49,339 bases of DNA from Patescibacteria group bacterium (GTDB taxonomy: Bacteria > Patescibacteriota > Microgenomatia > Woykebacterales > 2-01-FULL-43-14): positions 1 to 49,339 of the forward strand of contig JAMCZT010000003.1 in the NCBI GenBank assembly GCA_023485445.1, written 5' to 3'. The position numbers and the translations under genes were made by a program. Every line of letters begins with the position of its first letter. The first letter of the stretch is position 1. Positions 1 through 8,861 of this stretch are shown here, piece after piece. The notes beneath the pieces are model-generated. The model was not told the DNA's origin. It was given only the letters and a program-made list of their open reading frames with translations, and did not search any database.

Positions 1-127
1 TTTCGATAAACTAACTGCATGAACATATTCACTTTTTGGTAAGATCTTGTAGGCTCGCATATACGAGCCACTATACATTCCCCTCATTAACCACTCAAGT
101 GTTACGGGATCTATCAGGTCCTGGACA
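1..127. repeat. Left copy of a perfect 127-bp terminal inverted repeat (partner 49213..49339)
   Basis: The reverse complement of 49213..49339 equals 1..127 base for base. Identity stops abruptly at 128/49212. An internal hairpin GGCTCG-N6-CGAGCC lies at 52..69. Confidence 0.95.
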
Positions 128-148
128 GTGAGACTACCATATTATTTC

Positions 149-177
149 TTGCTCGATGGACTACTCTCTGTTATAAT
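149..177 (+). promoter_or_regulatory. Candidate sigma70-type promoter for cdsA
   Basis: TTGCTC (149..154), 17-nt spacer, TG-n-TATAAT (169..177). It lies 40 nt upstream of the cdsA ATG. Confidence 0.5.
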
Positions 178-216
178 CCTATAAAATTAAAATTTGATTA
201 AAAAAGGAGAGCGGTC

Positions 217-930
217 ATGAAAACGAGGGTTGCTACTGCTACTATTCTAATCCTATTGTCGATTGTTAGCAGTTTTCTCGAAGAGACAGTTTTCAACACA
301 GTTTCTTTCCTGCTAGCTTTTATCGCATTATGGGAGACGATGGACAAAATCGATAAAGGCTGGGTAAGGGGAGGAAAATTTCGCACTTTAACGGTTGTTG
401 CAGCACTGTTATTTTTCCTTTATGCTTCTTTTGCCTTAGCTTTCGCCTTACCTTTACTGCGATGGCATAACCCGGTAGTGGTGAATATCTGGATTCTCGT
501 CTTACCGCCGATCGGCCGCTGGCTGATTATCTCAATCGTCTCGACTGTAGTTTACGACACAGCCGCTTTCCTGATCGGTCAAAGATTCGGAAAAAGAAGG
601 TTTGAGAATTCTTCTTTTGTATTCCTTAGGGTGAGCCCCAAAAAATCTTGGGAAGGGAGCCTGGGGGCTCTTCTGATTTCCGTTCCAGTAGTGGTCTTCC
701 TAAGCGGAAATCTCCTTTCCTTAGGTCTAGCTTTTTCGGTTCTACTGGGGATCGCTTTAGGCATGGCGGCCTTTTTTGGCGATTTGATTGAATCCGGATT
801 AAAGCGTCTGCTGGGAACTAAGGATATGGGTAACCTTCTTCCAGGTCATGGAGGGTTGCTCGATCGGCTGGATAGTCATATGATGTCAATGGTCGTAACC
901 ATAACGATTCTTTTAATAATCAGGGAGTGA
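217..930 (+). CDS. cdsA: Phosphatidate cytidylyltransferase (CDP-diglyceride synthase)
   Basis: Multi-pass membrane protein with the CdsA signature SPKKSWEGS...GDLIESGLKR..KD.G.LLPGHGGLLDRLDS. RBS AAGGAGAG precedes the ATG. Confidence 0.9.
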   Translation: MKTRVATATILILLSIVSSFLEETVFNTVSFLLAFIALWETMDKIDKGWVRGGKFRTLTVVAALLFFLYASFALAFALPLLRWHNPVVVNIWILVLPPIGRWLIISIVSTVVYDTAAFLIGQRFGKRRFENSSFVFLRVSPKKSWEGSLGALLISVPVVVFLSGNLLSLGLAFSVLLGIALGMAAFFGDLIESGLKRLLGTKDMGNLLPGHGGLLDRLDSHMMSMVVTITILLIIRE

Positions 931-953
931 AGAAAACTAAGAAAGGAGAAAGA

Positions 954-1349
954 ATGAACCAAATTCTTCAAATAAGAATTCAGAAGGCGTTGAAGCTAGT
1001 AATTAACCTAGCAAAGGAGCTGGAGGAAATTCCTGGCCTTGATTCGTTGTTCTTGAAAGTGACTGAGGAACGGTTGATGGTTTATCTTCGAGAAAACGGG
1101 CTGACCGAAACTGAGAAGGGCTTAGCTCGGGAAAAGTTCGCTTTAGCTCTAGACAGCTCGCCGGTTTTAAGTCTATCCAAAGAAAATTCTTCGCTGCTAT
1201 TTTTGTCTTTAGAGGATGATTTACCGGAAGAGATAGTTTCGATGGGCCGAGAAGGAATCATTAACGCAGCCGGAGAATGTTTGACCTGCCGAATAATGTT
1301 AGCCAAAACTCTGGCCTCACGCCTGAACCCAGTTTTAGAAAGTAACTGA
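954..1349 (+). CDS. Hypothetical protein
   Basis: ORF 927..1349. I prefer the ATG at 954 (MNQILQ...) because AAGGAG lies 5 nt upstream. No recognisable motif. Confidence 0.5.
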   Translation: MNQILQIRIQKALKLVINLAKELEEIPGLDSLFLKVTEERLMVYLRENGLTETEKGLAREKFALALDSSPVLSLSKENSSLLFLSLEDDLPEEIVSMGREGIINAAGECLTCRIMLAKTLASRLNPVLESN

Positions 1350-1358
1350 CTCGCCTCT

Positions 1359-1396
1359 CACGGAGCTCTAGCGAATTTGGTCTCTAGAGCTCCGTG
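1359..1396. terminator. 13-bp-stem hairpin between convergent genes
   Basis: CACGGAGCTCTAG (1359..1371) pairs perfectly with CTAGAGCTCCGTG (1384..1396). A weak T-run follows on the + strand. Confidence 0.5.
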
Positions 1397-1414
1397 AAAC
1401 CATTTTTCCCGTTT

Positions 1415-1630
1415 CTACATCTTTGACCCGTGCATCCACTTTTCCATTTCACCTTTACCTTTTTCCATCACGCTGCCGATTTTTTCCATTGTTTTTCCCA
1501 TGGCTTGCCTTACGTCCATTGACATTTCATTGAAATCCACATTTTCCCCGTGCATTATTTTTTGACCAGTTGTCTTCATCTGGCTTCCCATCTCTTTCAT
1601 TTTTTCCCCATCAAAAGCCATTTTAAACAC
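1415..1630 (-). CDS. Small methionine-rich protein (14 Met in 71 aa), function unknown
   Basis: Strong RBS AAGGAGGTG upstream of the ATG on the - strand. Repeated MxK/MEK and two MHG motifs. No TM segment. Confidence 0.6.
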   Translation of the reverse strand: MFKMAFDGEKMKEMGSQMKTTGQKIMHGENVDFNEMSMDVRQAMGKTMEKIGSVMEKGKGEMEKWMHGSKM

Positions 1631-1755
1631 CTCCTTTCAGGATTTAATTAATTAAAACTTAGGCTCAAAAAAGGTCAGAATCAAGAAAGATTCAATTACT
1701 TGCCATCCTTTACTTTTTTGTTTTAAGGGAATATAATTTGGTCGGTAGGTAAAAG

Positions 1756-2439
1756 ATGGATGATTTAGTTGCCCAAAATCAAACCTCGGAAGTTTCTCCT
1801 CCCGCCGAAAGTATTCCTCCCCAAAGCGGGATCGCGACAAATGCTTTTTTGGAAAAGACAATCGATTACGAAGCTCCCGCTGGTTTTTCTGGAAAGAAAT
1901 GGCTTTTACTTTTTATTTTCGCCTTGATCATTGTGACGCTAGGTTTTTCCGGCACTAGTTTCCTTCTTAGCCAGCAAAGTTTCTCACCGGATTCTAGCGC
2001 GGACCAGGAAACTCAAGGTTCCCAAACCGCTCTTGCTAAAGCTTCTAATAAAAATGATAGCCAAAGAAAGAAAGACTTGAAAGAAATCGGCACCGCTTTG
2101 GAGAAATATTATAAGAAAAATAAAACCTACCCCGCCTTTTCCAAGGAAGGTTACCAATGGTGCGATGCGACCCGGTTAAAGCAGGATTTGGTGCCTGATT
2201 TCTTAAGTTCTGTTCCCACTGACCCTTCTGGTAAACCTTACTTTATTTATCTCATTCCTGACAAGGGGTACGTAGCTGCTACTAACCTGGAAGACACGAC
2301 TGATCCAGACGCGACAAAAGAAAAGCTAATTCGTTATGACATGGGTGAAATATATGGCGGCACGTACACTGATATAAAGTTTAACGTCGACTCTTGTCCC
2401 GCTGGAAAAGAATTCAATTTCTGGATTACTAATCAATAA
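1756..2439 (+). CDS. Membrane-anchored protein with a T2SS-G / type IV pilin-like C-terminal domain
   Basis: Single TM helix (WLLLFIFALIIVTLGF). This is followed by KKDLKEIGTALEKYYKKNKTYPA...VPTDPSGKPY, typical of pseudopilin globular domains. There is no canonical GFTLIE prepilin signal. Confidence 0.45.
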   Translation: MDDLVAQNQTSEVSPPAESIPPQSGIATNAFLEKTIDYEAPAGFSGKKWLLLFIFALIIVTLGFSGTSFLLSQQSFSPDSSADQETQGSQTALAKASNKNDSQRKKDLKEIGTALEKYYKKNKTYPAFSKEGYQWCDATRLKQDLVPDFLSSVPTDPSGKPYFIYLIPDKGYVAATNLEDTTDPDATKEKLIRYDMGEIYGGTYTDIKFNVDSCPAGKEFNFWITNQ

Positions 2440-2450
2440 TTCTCCAAGGT

Positions 2451-2789
2451 TTAACTTTCGTTTTTTCGAACTACTGCTTTATCGCCGGCAATTAGCCATG
2501 TTCCCAATTCGCGCCAAAGCTCCCAAGAGAAAAGACGTTTTGCCCCTTTAGCAAGGAACCAGAAAGCAAAGACAAGACCTAAGGTAACTGCCGCGGCCGA
2601 AAGATTGATGACGAGTAGTATTAAGCCAGATAGCATTCCGGCAAGTCCGTTGAAAAAAACTACTCCAATGAGAAATTCTAGCCCGGTTATAACAAGACCG
2701 ACTCCGGTATACCAGAAGAAAGCCAGCTCTTCCTTGTGGTAAACCTTGAAGAAGAATAGGCAAAGGCCTACGATGACGACCAACGCCAA
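2451..2789 (-). CDS. Small integral membrane protein, unknown function
   Basis: 112-aa ORF with 3-4 hydrophobic helices. The overlapping 2548..2763 ORF is an alternative frame. Confidence 0.45.
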   Translation of the reverse strand: MALVVIVGLCLFFFKVYHKEELAFFWYTGVGLVITGLEFLIGVVFFNGLAGMLSGLILLVINLSAAAVTLGLVFAFWFLAKGAKRLFSWELWRELGTWLIAGDKAVVRKNES

Positions 2790-3031
2790 ACTTACGACAA
2801 GACTACGCTACCCTTTACCCTATTTATCGCACTAGTCAGGAATTTTACTACGAGGAACACGTAGGCTATTCCCAAAAAAGGGTCTAGCCAGTAAAATCTT
2901 AAAAAGGAATTTCAAGAGTCTCTCCGCCAGGTGTCTGAACGGCGGTATGGGCTGGAAGGTTTCCGAGGACAAAAAGCCTTACTGCCCAGATCAAAAGAAT
3001 GAAAGTTCAAATGCTTTGGTGGCTGTCAACT

Positions 3032-4099
3032 TTAAGGCTCGGATGACTTTCGAGAAAGGAGATCTCGGGCTTGATTTATAACTTCTTCGAGGGGGACATT
3101 TTTCACGAAAGAGGTTTTGTGGTGACACTTGGATTGGTTGCAAGTGGGACAAAGGACTTGCCAGGAGATAACCGGACGGTGATTTTGGCGAAAGAAAGGG
3201 GACCAGGTGATCATATTGCCGACCCAGAAAATAGTGACAGTGGGGATTTTGAGCGCTACGGCAAGGTGGCTTGGGCCGCTGTCGTTGGCGATTACTAAAG
3301 AAGCTCGGCTGAGTAGAGCCGTGAGCACGCCAAGCGTTGTCAGACCACAAAGGTTGATGGCGGGAGTTTCCATCGCTTTTTCCACTTTCTTGACAGTTTT
3401 TCCTTCTTCCTTAGTGCCAACCAAAACGGTTTTTAAACCAAACTCCCGATTTAAGTTGTCAGCGACCTGGGCAAAGTTTTCCACCGGCCAATAACGCCGG
3501 GGATCCGTGGCCGTGGCGTGGATAACTAAGTATCTTCCAAATTCGGCTTGACCTAAAGCTTGGACTAATTCTTTTTTGTCTTTCTCTAAAACAAAAGCTT
3601 CTGTTTGGAAGTCGGCAGTTTTTATTCCGATTAGGGAAAGCATTTCTAAATTTCGGATGACTTCGTTTTGATAAAGCTCATAATGAAGATTAAGATCTAA
3701 TGAGTCTTTTGCGTCTACGGCCTTAGCTCCTAAAGTAAATTTTGCTCCTAGTTTTTTCACGAAGGGATTGGAATATTTCCCTCCGCCATGCATCTGAATC
3801 GCCAAGTCAAAGCCCTCCTTTTCCATAATTTTAAAAAACTTTTCCGTTTCTCTTGGATCATATTCTTTCATTAGGTTGAGGATCCCGGGATAAAAAGGGA
3901 TTCCTATGACTTGGTGGATGTAGGGATATCGGTCTTGAATGAAACTGACCAAGTTGGGACGAGCAAGAAGGATAATTTTGGCGTTTGGAAAAGCCTGTCG
4001 GAGGGCTTTTAGAGCCGGGGTGCAGATCAAAAAGTCTCCCAGCACTCCCGCCCGCAAAACCGCGATCTTTCTGACCACCTTAGGAAAAATTTTTCTCAT
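3032..4099 (-). CDS. Glycosyltransferase family 9 (heptosyltransferase-like), paralog 1
   Basis: N-terminal VLRAGVLGDFLICTPALKALRQAFPNAKIILL, nucleotide-sugar site ANDSGPSHLAVALKIPTVTIF, and a C-terminal Cys cluster CPTCNQSKC. Confidence 0.85.
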   Translation of the reverse strand: MRKIFPKVVRKIAVLRAGVLGDFLICTPALKALRQAFPNAKIILLARPNLVSFIQDRYPYIHQVIGIPFYPGILNLMKEYDPRETEKFFKIMEKEGFDLAIQMHGGGKYSNPFVKKLGAKFTLGAKAVDAKDSLDLNLHYELYQNEVIRNLEMLSLIGIKTADFQTEAFVLEKDKKELVQALGQAEFGRYLVIHATATDPRRYWPVENFAQVADNLNREFGLKTVLVGTKEEGKTVKKVEKAMETPAINLCGLTTLGVLTALLSRASLVIANDSGPSHLAVALKIPTVTIFWVGNMITWSPFFRQNHRPVISWQVLCPTCNQSKCHHKTSFVKNVPLEEVINQARDLLSRKSSEP

Positions 4100-4255
4100 A
4101 TGTCTAGTTTCAGACGATCCTTAATAGGAGACAAGAATAAAGCAGGTGGTGACCAGGGAGGAAAAAGTGGGATACCAGATCCGAGATTTCCTATCTCTTG
4201 GTTCATTGCTGACGATTGGAACAGTTTAACCTAAAGTTTTTAGAAAAGGTAAGTT

Positions 4256-4900
4256 ATGGTTAATTATGGAAGTTTAAAAAACCAAATTTTAATCCTTCTT
4301 TCCCCTCTAGGTTTGATTGCCGGAATGGTCTTTTTTCAAATCTCCGGTCTTTTTCCGCCGCTCTTATTCTACGCGATCTGGGCGGTTTTTTCTCCGATTG
4401 TAATTAAAAGGAAACTTTCTTTCAGCGTTTATCGGGAATTTGGTTTAAGTTTTCCAGATAAACCTTTTCGGAGCCTACGGATCTTACTAATTTTTCAGTT
4501 TGCGGTTTCTTTTCTTTTGATCAGCTTAACCGGACGGTTTAATCCGACGCTGATCCTGTTTACTCTACTGATCTCCCCCTTTCTTTTGTTTAGCCCATTA
4601 ATAGAAGAAATTTATTGGCGAGGTGTGCTTCTGAAGGCTTTTAACGAACATTGGGTGGGGGTTAAGGCGATCGTAGCGGGATACTTTTCTTTCCTATTTT
4701 GGTCGTATCATTTTCTTCTTTTTGGCCTTTTTAATAAACCCCTTTGGCTTTCCCCAACAATGTTTATTTTGGCCTTTTTCGCTGGCTTAGTTTGGTCTTT
4801 CTTTTACTATCGAACTAAAAGTCTCCTTTACCCTTATTTATCACATTTGCTTGCGGATATTTTATTGGTTTATTTTTTAGAGCCTATATTTTTTAAATAG
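4256..4900 (+). CDS. CPBP-family intramembrane glutamic endopeptidase (CAAX protease-like)
   Basis: Polytopic membrane protein with EEIYWRG (motif 1, EExxxR) and SHLLAD (motif HxxxD/N). Confidence 0.7.
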   Translation: MVNYGSLKNQILILLSPLGLIAGMVFFQISGLFPPLLFYAIWAVFSPIVIKRKLSFSVYREFGLSFPDKPFRSLRILLIFQFAVSFLLISLTGRFNPTLILFTLLISPFLLFSPLIEEIYWRGVLLKAFNEHWVGVKAIVAGYFSFLFWSYHFLLFGLFNKPLWLSPTMFILAFFAGLVWSFFYYRTKSLLYPYLSHLLADILLVYFLEPIFFK

Positions 4901-4913
4901 AGGAGGTGATAAC

Positions 4914-5279
4914 TTGAAACTATTAACGATTGGCCTAGTGGCTTTGAGTGCTGCCGTTACCTTAGCCTTTCTCCTGTTAAGGGATAATTCAAATCAACAG
5001 ATTAACCGAGCCGGAGTGCCCTCGCCGGATTCAATTAATAAAGCCGACGTGGAGATTACCGCCGATTCCCTAAAACCAGCTGATCTGACGGTGAATAAAG
5101 GAACTCGGGTGGTTTGGACGAACGTAGATTCAGAAGAACATCGTTTGATCAGTAACATTTTTGGCAGTAATAATCTGAAGAAAAACCAAAGTTGGAGTTA
5201 CCTTTTTGAAGAGGCGGGGGAATATACTTACCACTGCGCGATCCATCCGGACGTGGAGGGAAAGGTAACGGTTAAATAG
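4914..5279 (+). CDS. Secreted or anchored cupredoxin-like (plastocyanin/amicyanin fold) protein
   Basis: TTG start behind AGGAGGTG. N-terminal signal/anchor. C-terminal YTYHCAIHPDVEGKVTV resembles the C-x2-H copper loop, but the axial Met is not obvious. Confidence 0.55.
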   Translation: MKLLTIGLVALSAAVTLAFLLLRDNSNQQINRAGVPSPDSINKADVEITADSLKPADLTVNKGTRVVWTNVDSEEHRLISNIFGSNNLKKNQSWSYLFEEAGEYTYHCAIHPDVEGKVTVK

Positions 5280-5298
5280 CAAAAGTTAAGGTTGCTTG

Positions 5299-5426
5299 TT
5301 GACCTCTCAAAAGTAAATTTATATGATACGGCAATGTATTGAGGGCAGTTTTTCATGGCTATAAAAATCCATGGGAGATCAAGGAGCTAACAGTAGTTCA
5401 GACCCAAGGTTAAGGGTCTTTTTTTG
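5299..5426 (+). promoter_or_regulatory. Promoter plus ~90-nt structured leader ending in an intrinsic terminator, upstream of the MFS gene
   Basis: TTGACC (5299..5304), 17 nt, TATGAT (5322..5327). Hairpin CATGG...CCATG. An 11-codon mini-ORF lies at 5355..5390. The terminator is AGACCC-N8-GGGTCT (5400..5419) followed by T7. Confidence 0.55.
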
Positions 5427-5466
5427 TCCTTAAACTTTAAGACGAAAGAGGTTAGATTAGAGGGTT

Positions 5467-6723
5467 ATGTGGCGATCTTTTCAGATCCGCCTGAATGGTT
5501 TTGTCGAGAGACTAGTTAAATTTAGTACTTTATCAGGAGAAGCCAAGAAAGCAGTTGCGATTCAGGTTATTTTCACGTTCGCCGCGACGCTCTCCGGGAC
5601 CTTCTTAAACATTTTCCTTTGGAAAGAAACCCAAAGTTTGACTTCCATTGCCCTGCATAATATCGCCTGGGCTGTGTCGATCCCGCTTTTCTTTGTCCTA
5701 AACGGTTATTTATTGAAAAAATTCCACATCACGATCTCCATCAAAGTCGGCTTGGCCATCTTAGCCACTTTTTACTTATGGCTTTTGTTCTTAGGCAGCC
5801 ATAGCAATTCTTACCTGATTCTTTTTGGCTTTATTAGAGGGGGAGGGGAGGCCCTTTTCTGGTCGAGTTACAATTTATTGACTTACGATTTTACCCATGA
5901 TAAAAACCGGGACGTTTACTTTGGAGTGAATGGCATTTTAAACACCGTCTTTGGAGTTTTTGCCCCGTTTTTGGCTGGATTCTTGATGGTTTTCAATGGC
6001 CGGTTAGCCAATTTAGGTTATTACCTCATTTTTGCCTTCACTATTGTTTTATTCTTAGTCGCTTTAGTTATTTCCGATAAGTTAAGAACTAAAAAGAAAA
6101 ATAGCTTTCGTTTAAAACAAATCTGGCGGCTTCATCAAAGAAATAAAAACTGGGTCAACGTACAAAAAGCCTCATTTATCCAAGGTTTTTCTGGAGGAAT
6201 CTTTGGTTTTCTAGTTGGAATTTTGACTTTTTTCATTTTAAAAAATGAAATCAGCGTCGGGGGTTTTGCCGGAATTTTGGGTCTGCTTTCGCTGCTGACC
6301 AATTTCTTCATCACCCGGAAAATCAAGCCAGCAACGAGAGTAACGTACGCTTTTTCTGGTGCCGTACTACTGGTGCTGTCGAGTATTTTACTGCCGATTT
6401 CGCTTTCCGTGACGGCCCTTTTCATCTTTAATTTGATCCGTAGTATCGGTATGCCGCTATTTACAAACTCGACTAGCCCGATGACCCTTTTGGCGATTGA
6501 TGCTGACCGAGAGGCAGCTCATTTACGTTATGAATATCTGGTTAACAATGAAATCTTTACTGCCTTGGGGAGATCTTTAGTCCTGGCGCTCTTTATCTGG
6601 TTTAGTTCTTTGGTTTCTGACCCAGCCGCTTCCCGATTTATCCTACTTTTAGTAGGGATTGCCCCATTGCTAGTTCTTTTCTACCTTTCAAAGATCAGTT
6701 GCTCGGTTAAAACAGGCCGATAA
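5467..6723 (+). CDS. MFS-type transporter-like polytopic membrane protein
   Basis: 418 aa with about 12 hydrophobic segments in a 6+6 layout and a basic central loop (KLRTKKKNSFRLKQIWRLHQRNK). Confidence 0.55.
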   Translation: MWRSFQIRLNGFVERLVKFSTLSGEAKKAVAIQVIFTFAATLSGTFLNIFLWKETQSLTSIALHNIAWAVSIPLFFVLNGYLLKKFHITISIKVGLAILATFYLWLLFLGSHSNSYLILFGFIRGGGEALFWSSYNLLTYDFTHDKNRDVYFGVNGILNTVFGVFAPFLAGFLMVFNGRLANLGYYLIFAFTIVLFLVALVISDKLRTKKKNSFRLKQIWRLHQRNKNWVNVQKASFIQGFSGGIFGFLVGILTFFILKNEISVGGFAGILGLLSLLTNFFITRKIKPATRVTYAFSGAVLLVLSSILLPISLSVTALFIFNLIRSIGMPLFTNSTSPMTLLAIDADREAAHLRYEYLVNNEIFTALGRSLVLALFIWFSSLVSDPAASRFILLLVGIAPLLVLFYLSKISCSVKTGR

Positions 6724-6835
6724 GGGGAAAGTAGTTTCTAAAAGTTGACAACTCCTTCTAAACTATGCAATAATACTTATACATTAAAGTATATCAATAT
6801 TGTAAATATAGCGAGGGCTAGTCGAGAGGATAAGT

Positions 6836-7957
6836 ATGGATTTAACTTCCACTCAATTCTCAAAACTGCCCCTCAATCCGCAACGCATTGCCATCGTGCG
6901 CGCTTTACACATAGGTGATCTTCTCTGTGCCGTACCGGCTTTTCGAGCTGTGCGAAATGCCTTTCCTCAGGCTGAAATTACTCTGGTTTGTATGCCATGG
7001 GCAAAAGAATTTGTCCAGCGCTACTCCCATTATCTCGACCGTTTTTTGGAATTTCCCGGCTACCCAGGAATGGACGATGGTCGGGTGAAACCTAAGGAAA
7101 TCGTGAAGTTTTTGGCTGGGGCGCAAAAAGAGGATTTTGACTTAGCGATCCAACTTCACGGAGACGGGATTATGAGCAGTCCTTTTACCGTTTTATTAGG
7201 GGCAAAATTAACCGCTGGTTATTACCGCCGAGGTTTTGCTAACCCCGGTTTGGATTTTGCCCTTCCTAATAACCAGGATGACCATGAAATTATCAGGAAC
7301 TTGAAAGTACTAAAGGTGATTGGGATCGACTCAGATGATGTGGCAGTAGATTTTCCTATTACTAAGGAAGACAAAGAAGCACTTCTTAGACTGGAGAAAG
7401 CCTATCGGTTTCCCGTTGGCAAGAAATTGGTTGCCTTTCATCCCGGCTCAAAGGCGCCCACTCGAAGATGGAATCCTTTGAGCTTTACCCAGCTTGCCGA
7501 TGAAATGGTGGGTAGACTTGGCGTTCAATTGATTTTGACCGGCGGGCCTCAAGAAGAAGGTTTGGTAAACCAAATACAAACGGCAATGAAAGAAAAAGCG
7601 GTTAATCTCGCCGGAAAAACAACTCTTGGTAGTTTGGCTGCCCTATTCGAAAAACTTTCCCTTTTAATTACTAACGACACCGGTCCGGCCCATATTGCTT
7701 ACGCCCTCGGAACCAAAAGCGTCACGATTTTTGGTGGCGCAGATCCGAGGCGATGGGCGCCTTTGGATGAGGCGAACCATAAAATCATTCGGAAGAAGGT
7801 TTCCTGCAACCCTTGTCCTTACTTTGATTGTCCCAGCGGTAATTTTGAATGTTTAAAAGCGATCCAGGTGGATGAGGTTTTTGAGTTGGCGGAATCACTT
7901 TTGAAGGAAGTGGCAAATGAAAAGGCTAAAAATCCTAATTTGGCATATTCATGGTAG
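6836..7957 (+). CDS. Glycosyltransferase family 9 (heptosyltransferase-like), paralog 2
   Basis: IAIVRALHIGDLLCAVPAFRAVRNAFPQAEITLV, TNDTGPAHIAYALGTKSVTIFG, and a C-terminal CNPCPYFDCPSGNFEC. Confidence 0.85.
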   Translation: MDLTSTQFSKLPLNPQRIAIVRALHIGDLLCAVPAFRAVRNAFPQAEITLVCMPWAKEFVQRYSHYLDRFLEFPGYPGMDDGRVKPKEIVKFLAGAQKEDFDLAIQLHGDGIMSSPFTVLLGAKLTAGYYRRGFANPGLDFALPNNQDDHEIIRNLKVLKVIGIDSDDVAVDFPITKEDKEALLRLEKAYRFPVGKKLVAFHPGSKAPTRRWNPLSFTQLADEMVGRLGVQLILTGGPQEEGLVNQIQTAMKEKAVNLAGKTTLGSLAALFEKLSLLITNDTGPAHIAYALGTKSVTIFGGADPRRWAPLDEANHKIIRKKVSCNPCPYFDCPSGNFECLKAIQVDEVFELAESLLKEVANEKAKNPNLAYSW

Positions 7958-8861
7958 TTACTTAAATTATTTGTCATGCGCTCCCCATGATTTTTATTTA
8001 CCCATTAAGCAGGAGAGGTCTTCTGGTTATCAAGGCTTAGGGGAAACTTTTGATTGGGGAAAAAATGTTTTTGAAGTTCCCGCTGAAGAAGTAAAAAACT
8101 TAAAGCTAGATTTAATCATATTTCAATCTCCAAAGAATTTCTTAATAGACCAATACGAAATTTTGTCCGAAAAGCAGCGGAAACTTCCTAAGATTTATTT
8201 GGAACACAATACTCCTCGTGAACATCCCACTGATACCAAACACTTAATTGACGATCCAAAGATTTTGTTAGTCCACGTGACGCATTTTAACAACCTAATG
8301 TGGAATAGCGGTAAGACTCAGACTTTGGTGATTGAGCATGGCTTGCCCGATCCGTCCGTCACTTTCCGCGGTAATTTAGCCAAAGGGGTGGTCGTCGTCA
8401 ACGAGATTCAAAGAAGAGACCGGATTGCTGGTTACGACATTTGGCAAAAGGCGAAAGAAAAAGTTCCCCTAGATTTGATCGGAATGCGATCAGAAGAATT
8501 AGGAGGAAGAGGAGATATTCCCCATCGGGCGCTTTTCGGAGAGCTTGCCTTGTACCGTTTTTTCTTTAACCCGATCCGCTATACCAGTTTGCCTTTGTCT
8601 TTAATTGAAGCGATGATGGTAGGTTTGCCGGTGGTGGCTTTGGCGACGACGGAAGTCGCTTCGGTAGTTGAAAATAACGTTTCCGGATTTGTTTCAAACG
8701 ATTTAGATTTTTTGATAGGAAAAATAAGGTTTTTATTGGGTTATCCAGAGGAGGCAAAGAAAATAGGCCAGAAGGGGCGAGAAACAGCTTTGGTTAAATT
8801 TGGGATAGACAGGTTTGTTAAAAACTGGAATAAAGCCTTTGAGGAAGTGAGGAATCTATGA
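7917..8861 (+). CDS. Glycosyltransferase, GT1/GT4-type (GT-B fold)
   Basis: C-terminal donor-binding motif FFNPIRYTSLPLSLIEAMMVGLPVVA...VSGFV. Overlaps the upstream gene by 41 nt. Confidence 0.7.
   Translation: MKRLKILIWHIHGSYLNYLSCAPHDFYLPIKQERSSGYQGLGETFDWGKNVFEVPAEEVKNLKLDLIIFQSPKNFLIDQYEILSEKQRKLPKIYLEHNTPREHPTDTKHLIDDPKILLVHVTHFNNLMWNSGKTQTLVIEHGLPDPSVTFRGNLAKGVVVVNEIQRRDRIAGYDIWQKAKEKVPLDLIGMRSEELGGRGDIPHRALFGELALYRFFFNPIRYTSLPLSLIEAMMVGLPVVALATTEVASVVENNVSGFVSNDLDFLIGKIRFLLGYPEEAKKIGQKGRETALVKFGIDRFVKNWNKAFEEVRNL

Noticed and set aside
2790-3031. 242-bp gap between two minus-strand genes, checked for tRNA, sRNA or a small ORF
   Set aside because: It holds only short hairpins (CCGCC...GGCGG; GGCTAGACCC-T6-GGGAATAGCC). 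There is no promoter/terminator pair and no RBS-preceded ORF, so the evidence is insufficient.
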